Assembly: GCA_028534125.1 (NCBI GenBank) | Contig: CM052817.1 | Location: 41,232,001-41,296,000 of the forward strand | From: Lama glama | Lineage: Eukaryota | Direction of reading: 5' to 3' | Length of the DNA: 64,000 bases | Shown here: in pieces, positions 12,922 through 24,265 of the stretch | Layout of the letters: each line of letters starts with the position of its first letter | Numbering within the stretch: the first letter of the stretch is position 1 | Notes under the pieces: model-generated | The model's database searches: none | What the model saw: only the letters and a program-made list of their open reading frames with translations | Told to the model about the DNA's origin: nothing | Position numbers and translations under genes: made by a program

Positions 12922-15900
12922 GAACCTATAATCTGTATGCTAATTTGGGTGGCTCAGAGCTTTCTTTTTGCATGGTTCATTGTTTTAAAACCAAAATCTG
13001 TTTCCCAGTGTCTCCTTGCATCCTCCCTTTCCCACAGGGCTGCCTCAACTTAGGGGGAAAAAAGGCCTATTTAAATATCTCTACCCAAACTAAAAGAAGT
13101 GTCTTTTTAATTCTCTTTAAATCCATTAGATTGGTACTACTAGGAGATACAAGTATTCCTTGATTTCTGAGCAGCCAGTCTTGAATGTGTTAGACCAAGG
13201 TTCCCTTCAGAACCATCTTGTTCTACTTCTGTGAGGATAAGGAGATAGACACTGTCTAGGTTCTGGACAGGCCAGCACATGTACAACACAGTACTTCCTA
13301 ATCTGGAGTCTGAACTCCCTGAAAGTGTATGCAGTCTTGTTGATATGTTTCTCGGGGAGCAGTGTGTGGAGAAGTTTGTGATCTCCCTAAAAGTTCAGAG
13401 CCACTGGCCAAATAGAATATATTCTGAGTTTCCAGGAACTGACTTCCAGAGGAAACTTTGCAAGGTGAGAATTGCTTGTGAGATTAACCTGTCCTCTGCC
13501 TTATCTTATTGATAGTGATTTGAATAAAGTCAGGAGCTTTTTCAAGTGTCTCATAGAAATCTCACTTTTCCCAAAGGAGTTAACCACTTTGAAGTTTGAC
13601 TTAACTGTATATTAATGCCGGTACTTTATTTAATGCAGTCACACATGCTGATTTGGGGGGAAAGTCAGTTTTTCTTAAACCAGAGTTTTGGTTAACAGGT
13701 CCCCACAGATAGGGCCCTTGGGTTGGGCAAAATTTGTGCTGAGGAAGGATGGCAGATAGTGGAGAAGTTGGTTTTGAGATTATGTTGGAAAGGGTAGAGA
13801 AAGGTAAATTGAGAGTTTCCAGAACCCAAGAGACAGAAACTAGTAATTGTGAGAGCTGTAAAGAGGTTTGCTGTAGAAAAGAAGAAATCAGAACTATGTT
13901 GAGATTAAAAAATAAGTGGAAGCTGTAGGGTAGGAGCAGCCTCTCCCTCAGTCCGTCTTCTGCTGGGGAAAGTGTTAGCAGATGATTCCTGGAGTCGGCA
14001 GCACCCAGGGGTGAAAGTGTCTCTGGACCCTCATGTCCAGTACTTGGAAATTGTGTGAGTTTATTTTCTTAAACAAGAACCAAGCCAATATTTAATCTTC
14101 TGAGCCTCACTTTTTAATTCCAGAACTGAAGCAAATAGAACTAAAGTCCTGGACATCAAATTTGAGTAATACTGAGCCAACAGTGGTTCTCGATGTGGGT
14201 AATAGGAGGAAAGACTCTTGAGGGAAAAAATCTACACTATTTATCTTCTTAGATATTTAAAAATACACTTCACAAACAGTACTGTCTGGACTGTTCTGCT
14301 GACCTTTCCCCATGTTTATCAAGCGCATCTATCACACAAGGCAGTTGATCTTTCCAGAAAATCACTTGTTAGAGATTGTCCAGAAATTAGTTCTGAAAAC
14401 TGTGGTCCATGATCTTTCTTTTGATCTTTTGTCTCATCAGACTTTTTTGACTGGAAATCTATGAAGCACACACAGGCAAGTATCACTGTATTTCCTTGCA
14501 TCTGAGGTATCATCCATTGTAAGATGCTCTTTTATTTCATATATTGCTAAAAAAACCACTGTCAACTAAACAGATTTTCTTATCACTTGACTATTGAAGT
14601 GCATCCCAACTTCAAAGATACTAAAATATAAAGAAGTGTCTATTAGAATCTCTGAAATCTCTGTCTAGAGAGGACTAGGTTTTGATTGCAAAGGTCAGTA
14701 GTCTAAATACTTTTGTTGACAGTGTTGCTTTTTAATAAGAGTAATTAATGGCATGAATACATCTTTGGAGCAAGGATTTATGCAGAACATGTAAAACCTA
14801 TAAATTGTCCTAATAGCCTACAATTTGGGACAGACTGACAGGCTTTTCATTTTATGGCTAAACATTAGAAGTTCAGAGAAGACCATTTGCAGGATAACTT
14901 GATGTAGTGTAATAAAATTTGAGCCCAGAATCTGAAGACCTAGGTTTGAGACCCTGCCTTGTTTGTCCTTTACCCAGTGTTCAACCACAGCCGGGCTGTT
15001 TCAGTTGTTTTGAACCTCAGCTTATGCAGTCAAAACACAGTGAGAATCCCTGCCAAACAAGGCAGATGGAGTATCCAGAAAGGCATCCGCAGGCAGTGAG
15101 CCTTACGCAGCGGGAGTGCTGACATTCTCAGAGCCTTCCGCCCTGCGCATCTCAGTGTCTCTTAGGGGAGCATCCTCGGGGGAATCAGAGGAATGAAGGA
15201 CTGTGGAAAAGAGGGACCTTTTCCAGCACCCAGGATTCCACAGTAGAAGAACGTATGACTAAGGAAGGGGGAGACAGCCTAAGGAGTTGAAAGTATATGG
15301 CAAGGTAGGAAGACAGGACCACATTTTGCACAAGTAAGGGGCTGGGGTCTCTGGGAGTGACATAAATCTCAGCAGTTGGTTGCCGCAATATACAAGTTCA
15401 ACAATCAAGGGTGGTTCATGGTTAAATCAGTCAGCGATTAGCAACAGAACTTTGGGCTAATTAGAGGAGGCAGAAAACGATCTGTGATAAATACTCTTCC
15501 TAAACGTAATTTTTAAGTATAATAAACTGTAACCCCAGCTAACTCATCTCCGTTTGGTGTCTGTTGCTATTGGCAGTATTTTCTTTTGGTGCCTGGTTGG
15601 AGAGGTGTTTTGTGTTTTGGGTTTTTTTTACTGTGTTGATATTTTGTACCTCTTCAAAGAAATCTTGTGACAGATTTCCAGGGAACAGTACAAAAGCTTT
15701 TTGTCATTGCTCTAAAAATACTCTAACTTTGCTATAAAGAAAATTGGTGGTGGTGTTATCATTTAGAATTATGGAAGGAGGGAGCAAAATTGGAAGTAAT
15801 TTTCCAGATGACAAACATACTTGGGGTGGGGAGTAAAGTAAACGACTTTCTGAAGTTTTCACAGCTGTTAAGCCCCAGATTAGGACTTCATTAAATCTGA

Positions 15901-18415
15901 GTTCTTGTCCACTTTATGGGAGTAAATAGTTACAAAGCACAAATGCCTGATGGCTTTTGGTGCTGATTCTTTGAAAGGGAAGCCTGAGTGACTTGTGACT
16001 ATTTTGTGGGTTAGTGCTTCCTGTCAATCAACCAAAGGCAGCAGGAGTACACTATTCTAGGGAGCTCCACTGGGCTCACCTGGTGCTATAGCCACATGGC
16101 TGTCTGATCCTTGCCTTGTCACTTCCCTCACCTCCTAGGTCTCAGGGTCTCAGTTTGCACATCGATGTACAGAGTGCAGTGGACCCGACTGCCATGATGC
16201 TTTGGGCTTGGCTTCTCCCATAGACTGTTTTGCAGTCACCGCTAATCCCTCAGGACACATTCCACCCCCAGTACAGCCTTTCAGTCCTTCCCGCTCATCC
16301 TTGCCTCTGGGCAGCCACTTCTGACTGATTGCAGTTAGAAAGTGAAATGCAATCTATTTTCCATCTTGAACCAGATTATTTCTTTTAACATTTTCTGATT
16401 TTTCTGAAATTCCCAAACTTGGCCAATCATCTCCTCAAAGCACTTTATTGGGATAGTTTCAGGAGCAATAAAGAAGTGAAGAAATCAAGGAAAATTCATA
16501 GTTCTTGGCAGAAAAAAAAAAACCCAAAACTCGAAAGAGCATGACAGAGTGAGTTCTACTTGTCGTCCTGGATACCAGGGACGCTGTGTGGTTTTAACTA
16601 TCTAAAGCTTTTTAAGCCAGAGACGGGTAACCACATCCAGACAGAAGGTTCCTTCCAGGCCATCAGAAGTGGCTTTTAGTTGTTTCTCATCTCAGGTCCC
16701 GAGTCTCAGTTTTGAGCATCTCGGGGGAACGGTACATGGCCTTCTGTTTCTCTTCCCACCAAGGACAACACATTTATGGAGATTGTACTGCACGTGCATC
16801 ATACTCACAGAAAACTGGCAATTGGAAGAGGGTGGAAACATAACTTTGTCCGTTGCCTTATAAAATATTAACTTGAGTTATTTATTTCACCGTAATTTCT
16901 ACGTGTGAGGTCTTACCAAGTGCAGGGCATGTGTGTAACGTTTACATCCCTTAGCTCCTGATCCTTAGGCTGTGATCATGTCCTGCCCAAGTGAGAGGGA
17001 TGGCAATGATGGCTCTGGTAGTGACATGTCTCCCCAGACAGAGTGAGTCTCCATCCTCCCTGTCTTCCCAACTGTGGCTATTTTTTCATGGATCCTTTTA
17101 CAAACTCCCTTAGCATGATTTTGTGGATGGGATAGAGCAGAAAATGCTGAAGCTTCTTTCCTGTTTCTCTTTCTTGGTGTTCCTTTCCCTAAAGGCCATT
17201 TTCATCTGCCAGGCTGGCCCTATAGTGGACGTTGTTTTTTCCAACACCCCATCCCTGGCCGCCCCCTGCCCTGGCACACACATATAGTGACAATGCTGTG
17301 ACCCCTGTTAGCTGGAGCTGAAACAGATGCGCTAGGAGTGACGGGTGTGTCTCTCAGACTCCACCCCCCTCCCCCATTCGGGTGCAAGTATCTTTCAGCA
17401 TCTTGAGAAGAAGGATCAGCCCAGGTTGTGTCCTCCTGCATCCTCCACGCACCCCGTCCCTGTCAGTCCTGGAGACCTGAATTTGGGCTTCCCCTCATTG
17501 TTTGCCTCTGAAACCCTCAGTCTCGTCAGCTCCTGAAAGCCTCCATTGTCCAGACAGGCTGCCAGAAACCGGGTGTCTGTTTTCTGGCCAGGAGCTCTGT
17601 CCCTAGGAATCCAAGTAATAACTTAATAGCGCCTGGCCCCCACCGAGCGCCCTCTCACAAGGGCTTTGTGAGCTGCAGAGCGCGCAGATGGAGAGGACGG
17701 CCCGGTGCTCTTGTTGCCTAGATCAGGTGCTTTCTTGGCCCGTGTGTTTACTGAGAACCAAGGCTTTATAGAGCCCTCCACCCCCAAAAGAATTTGACAC
17801 AAGGGGTGAATCAGTAGTATCTGATCTTCCAGTGAAAGCTGGAAAGTCAGCATTAAATCTCTTGGTATGTACATACATCTGTAAACACACACACACACAG
17901 ACTATGTCCTTTAATTTGAGGCCTCTTTTATCATTTCATTTTTTCATCTTCTGTTTTGGTTATCTCCTCCTATGCCCCAGTGCTAGTTCGTTATTTCTTA
18001 AGTGTTGTGTTACTCTTCCCAACCAACTCTGAAGGCGTACGCCTTTCCACCTTAGAATAGTGCTTGACTCAGTGTGATAAAGCAGATTGAAGCTGAGTTC
18101 CCCTCCACAAGCGGATGTGAAGGAGTGATATCTGCACATGGCAGCCAGAGACTTGAATTTAGGGGCAGATTGGATCTTTTGATCCAGGTATTTTATGGTA
18201 TTTGATTGGATGAGATTAGTACTCAAAAATATGCTATTCAGAGAGCAGTTTGCTTCTTGCTGGGTTCTGATATTGTCTCAGCACTTAACCTGTTTCTAAA
18301 ATTGCCTGTTTCATTACTTTGGAAGCCTAATGCCTGTTAAAGTTTACTTTTCTTTTGGACTGCATATTACTGACACTATGTTTTTTTTTTCTTTTTAAAT
18401 TCATTTTAGGAAAGC

Positions 18416-18592
18416 ATGCCTCAGACTCCTCCCTTTTCAGCAATGTTTGACAGCAGTGGCTACAACAGAAACCTCTATCAGTCTGCAGAGGACAGCTGTG
18501 GAGGGTTGTGTTACCATGACAACAACCTCCTCTCCGGATCCCTGGAAGCTCTCATCCAGCACTTAGTACCCAATGTGGATTACTATCCGGAT
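18416..18592 (+). CDS. RASGEF1B: RASGEF1B exon 2 coding part (exon starts 18410); MPQTPP...DYYPD, 59 aa
   Basis: Poly-T tract + TAG|GAAAGCATG; donor GAT|GTAGGT. Confidence 0.97.
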
Positions 18593-21500
18593 GTAGGTAT
18601 CCATGTGCCTCTGAAACACATCCTTGGTGTCCAGTAGAGATTCCAACAGAGTAGACAGGGACCCTAGAAACTACGGAGTTATGTCTAGGCTTCTCAGGAT
18701 TTCCTAATGAAACATTGCATCTTGATTATTGAGTGCTTTGAGATCAGACTGAGCTTGGATGTGATATATCTGCGTATCAGTTTTATTTTAAGGGTTGATA
18801 TCACATTGTAGGCCGTCAGATACCATCTCAGTGAAGTTTCTGTAAGGTTTGATTCATACATACACCTTGGTTCTTAAATAGAAACACTGGAGAACATTGG
18901 ATGCTGCTTGAATGTTTAGTCCCTTTTTGGTTCCCAAGACTATCACTGTGCTGAGAAAAGGGAAGTTACACAGGGAAACTTCATAAAAAAGAGAGCAGAA
19001 ACAATATTCAAGATGCAATTCTTTATTGATTGGACATCAGATAACATTGCTTGCTTATGTTTTGTTTTACTTTGATAACCAACATTTGTATAGATAATAT
19101 TTTCTAATTTAGGAAATTCATTTACATTTTCTCAGCCTTTATAGCAATTCCAAGAGACTGGAAAGGAGAAAATTGGAATTTGAAATGTTGCATAATTTAC
19201 TCATGATCTCACTCCCAGCATCAGCCATCAAAGCCAGGTGTTTATTTCTGGGGCAAGTGATAGTTTTGCCCCCTTTCCTTGTGCTGCAGCTGCCCTGGTT
19301 ATTCAGAAGCTGGTTGTTGATAAAGATTTCATGAAAATAGCCAGACACAAGATACACACGTTTTTATAAATGTAATAATGACCTTGGTGTGGAAAGGATC
19401 GTTTGTGCTTGACTCTGTAGCTCACCATAGTGTTTCTTACTGAGTTATCTCTCTGTATGTGATTTGTTACATAGCGTTTTCAAATATGTTGCCACACAGG
19501 GAAAACTTGTAATCAAAAGTAAAAGGCATCCCTTGTTCAGCCCTGTAAGTGTTTATGAGCTACAGAAGGCGCCGAAGGGGGAGAAAACCCCGTGGAATTT
19601 TCCTTTTTATTGGGGAGTCTGAAACTATTGTAACAAATAAGCACTACTTCATTACTGGCTTCTTGGGAGACAATGTGGTTAAAGAAAAGTATATAGTGTG
19701 TTATTGTGTTTTATCAAATTGCTTAGCCTTTGAGCAAGTCAGTAGATTATTTGAAAGCCAGTCTTTGAACATTCTGACACAAGCACACAAATGCTCCAGT
19801 GTGTTATAATGGACACACTGGAGAATTCTTGAGTTGATGTGGGTTGAGTGTTCTTTTGTTTTTTGTTTTTCTGGCTTCCACTGGGTTACAATAATATTTG
19901 GACACAGAAAGAGATTCTGTATGGGTGGTGTATTTAAGTTAGATTTATCTCCTCAGGCTGAACTTTATTCTTCTTTACTAGACCAAGTTATGTGTCCTGG
20001 TATCCTGGCTCCCAGAGGATAGACGTAAAAATGTGCTGTGAATAATTCAGTAGTGAAACTTACCCTGTACCTCTGTTATTTTTAGTATAGCTCAAGGGGA
20101 ATGATACATCTGAAGGTAAAGGAAAACTCCGTCTCGGGTTGTTTTACGACTAGTAAGCATCACTTTTGAAACAGCGTTCTAACTTTAAGAGAGCTTAATG
20201 AAACAAGATGTAAAATTTATAGGAAAGATATTAGTTTCAGAGAGAGTGTAACAATGACTTTTTGTTTTCTTTTGCCACAGAGAACGTACATATTTACCTT
20301 CCTACTCAGTTCTCGGTTATTTATGCATCCGTATGAGCTAATGGCCAAAGTTTGCCACTTATGTATTGAGCACCAGAGACTAAGTGATCCTAATGGTGAC
20401 AAGGTAATGGTGTGTTTTGAACTTTACAGTTTTTTTCTGTTAGGTTTGGTAACTTTTTGGCTTAGATTTTGTGAAGTTGGTTTCCTCCACTAACCATAGC
20501 TTATCCCCAGGCTGAGGTCCAGGAATGGTATTTCGGCTATGCAAAGGGAACTGGGAATGGTGTAAAGAACACAATATAAATCTAGTGCCACGGAAGATCC
20601 CTAGGTCCTGCCTTCAGTTGGTAGCACTTGGCATTGACTTGGGGGAGGGGGACTAGAGCTTCTTTAACCCCAAAGACTTTGCACTGGAAATTTATCAATG
20701 GCGCTGTTTGCAGTTATTTATTTGAGAGCTATCGCTGAATTATATTTGCTTTTTCTTCCTAGAACCAGATAAGAAAAATCGCACCCAAGATTCTTCAACT
20801 CCTGACAGAATGGACAGAAACATTTCCTTATGATTTTCGGGATGAAAGAATGATGAGAAACTTAAAAGATCTGGCTCACCGAATAGCCAGTGGCGAGGAG
20901 GTTGGTAACCTGAATTGAGCACGACCACTCGGATTTCCAGGCAGGGTCTTGGTGGGAAGTAGTACTAAATTCTGCATCAGAATCTCCACTGTGTCTTTTC
21001 TGTTTTGCCTTTGGGCAAGTCCTCTTCATAGCATATTGGTCTGTTTCGTGTGTCAAAGGCAGATGATGATGGAATCCCACTTCAAAGGGATGTGATCTTG
21101 AGTTCTATGTGATTAGTTTGGGGGTGTGGTCATGTCAATTCATGCACAGGATTCATGTTGCAAGTGTGTTTTCATTTTATTTTACTTATACCTTTCTTCC
21201 TTCCAAGAAGGTTTGACCCAAGTTAGATAATAAATATCACACCAGTAGATGTAAACACTAGTACATATGAAAAAACATTTATATATTAACAGATAATAAG
21301 TAATAGATTAATAAATCAGAAATAGTTTATTCCATGGAAGAGAGAAAACAAATATGCTAATATTGAGAACCAGTACAGTAGGACAAGATTGCTGTGATTT
21401 GACTGTAAGCTCCAGATAAAAGGGAAATACAATTGGTTATATAATTTTCACTGTCAGAAAAGAAAAAAGGGTGGGGAGGGTATAGCTCAAGTGGTAGAGC

Positions 21501-24228
21501 GCATGCTTAGCATGCATGAGGTCATGGATTCAATCCCCAATACTGCCATTAAAATAAAAATGATTAAAATAAATAAACCTAATCACCCCCTCTCCGAAAA
21601 AGCACACTAATTCTTCATGGCATTAATTAAATGAAATTTTAAAAAGCTTTCTGACGAGGACTTTGTGAATAGGATCATGAAAAAGTGCTCTGTATAGTGT
21701 TTATAACAAATGTTCCTTGATAAAACAAAACAAAACAAAACTGAAGCCATAAGATTAAAGTATAAATTAGCAAAGCTAATTCTTTGGGAGTGGAGAAGAC
21801 AAAGAAAAAAGGTTCCAAGTCTTGTGCCCAGAAGTCGATTCAAGGCTCGCAGCTAGACTAGGTGGAGATGGAAAGTAAGGCTGTTAGGTAATCTTTCATA
21901 AATATCTCTTCTCTCACTTGAGCCTTTGATAAGCACTAACCAGCTCTGACAAATTCAAAGCTCTCCTCTTTGAAGCAGGCCTGGAGGGCTGGTGTGCTGT
22001 GCTGAGGCTTGTTGGGCAGGGATGTCTTTGTAGTTTCTGTGTTGCTGGCGAGCTCCTGGGAACACGTTTCTGAGGCACAGACATAACATGTTCACGTAGA
22101 AGAAGATAAAGCACGTGGCAATGGCAGTGATGTCTTGTTTCATTGTCTTAAAATACATTTCCCATTATGAATAACCCTCCTGGAGAAATCATTCTTTCAG
22201 AGTTGGGCTATAAAGATCATGTAGCAAGACACTACCTATTTTGTCTGCTTCTCATGAGTCCATTTTAATACGACTTTCTCTGACTTAAAAAAAAATCATA
22301 CTAAAATTATATAAGATTAGTACTTGAAAAATCTGCACTTGCATCCTTTTACAGTTCCCCTATGACATTACATTGAACGCTGGTGCTCCAGGCAGCCGTT
22401 GCTTCTTTAAGGCTGAATGAGTGGTCCCGAGTCCTTTTGCAAGTTACAACTGTTCTAATCGTTTTGCTAGTTTGCGCGTAACAGGTTCTACCAGGTAGGA
22501 ATTGGTAGGTCCTTCACTCACAAAGGCAAAAGTTAAGCATCATAGTCTTGTAAGTAAATAACGGGGTGAGCTGTTGGTTTGCTTGGCAGGGTGTGTGCTG
22601 GCTTAGTGACCTAAGTTTATGAAAAGCTGCTCAAAAGATTAGTGGCATCATAAGGACTTTTTCTCATGTGAAGGTTGAGCCCTGTCTCAGTCATTGTTTC
22701 ATTTCAGTTAAGAAACATTTAGGTACAATTAATTACAACTTAACTTGGTATGGCAGTTAACTGACCTCCCCTCTATTGCCTTTTTAAAAGGTAGAAATAG
22801 TGACTTGGTTCTTCCCCAGAGGAGCACCTTAAAAACCTTTTTCAGATAAAATGCCAAATGGATGGCTTTTTGTTCCTGTCATGGGAGCCCATGAGGGGGT
22901 CATTTCCACCGGTGTTGGCCGGATTGCATCTGATCCTTTTAACAGGATCAAGCTACTCAGGAATTGGGTGGAACCAGGCCAGGGTACCAGACAGCCTTGT
23001 GCCTCAGCTTCTTATCAGCCCTCCTGTGTTAATAACAAATCCTTGATAAACTTTGAGGTTTTCAGATGGTTTTGAGTGTGGAAAGAGATGAGAAGATGAG
23101 CCGGGTCTAACCAAGAAGCTGGTTCACCTGGGGCTTGGGTGGAGAGTTGTCCCCTGCCTTGATCAGGTTGGGTTTCCCAGTGGGATGTTCCTTCAGCTAC
23201 TTATATCCAGTATTTGGAGTTGGGTCCACACTTGGCTGATTGATCTGAGTGCTTTGGTGAGTCTCCTAAATTCCCTGCTCCTTCTTCATTTCTTAAATCA
23301 TAGAAGTAACTTCCCTGTAGTAATGCCCCTTTCAGTTCTAAAATTTTGTGATGGATGCTTTTTCCCTCAGTTCTTTGCTTCTATCACGTGCTTAAGTGTC
23401 TGTCCTCAGAGAGACCTTCCCTCATCACCCCAGCCATGATCATTGCCCACCCCCATTACTGGCCGTCACCACTGTTACCTTCATAGCCCTCTGTGATTAG
23501 TCATTGCTTGCTTTCTTTATGGCTTGTTTTCCCCACTAGACTCCCTGCTGTGCCTCTTTTGTTCACGCAGCATCCTTAGCTCCTAGCCCAGTGCCTGGCA
23601 TTTAATAGGCACTTAGGTGTATTTGAATGAATGAATGAACGAATGAGTGAACAAACTAATCAATTAGGAAATAGGAGAAAAATATTTTCCTCTACTGAAA
23701 AAATTATCTCCCTCCATGGGAAGGAGTGTGAGCTTGGGTTGGGACTTGTTGCTTCTTGCCTGGGACTTCAGGGATTTTTTTTTTTTTTGGCAGTCAGTGG
23801 ATCCAGGTGTGCCCTGTGTATAATTGAGATGGGTTCTGAATTTGGTAGGACAGTTCCACCTAATATGGCTTAATATGTTTCCCCTCTAGGGATTTGCCCA
23901 AAATGAAGTGGTTTATTAGGACTTGCCTGCAAGAAAGCTGAAATGAAACTAATGATTGAATAACATAACAAATGACTATAGTGGGTAGAATGCAATTTTC
24001 TCTTCCTTAAAGGTCTGATTTTTATTCTGTCTTTATTTGCCAGGTAATTACTGTCACTGGCATTTGAAGTTATAAAAAAGAATAAGTACTTATTTAGCAA
24101 TATATGATTCAGTAAGGAAGCATGCCTAGTAACACGGAGCTTGGTTTCTCAAATGGGACCAAATGGTAGCAGCAAACTTTTAGAAGATCACATGCCTACA
24201 TCTTCCTACTGTCTCTCTCTCTCAGACT

Positions 24229-24265
<37 letters not shown>

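Noticed and set aside
21473..21545. tRNA-like sequences (also 27228, 27624, 33147, 34782, 40060, 55577)
   Set aside because: A tails, TSDs and degenerate acceptor stems show these are SINE heads, not tRNA genes.
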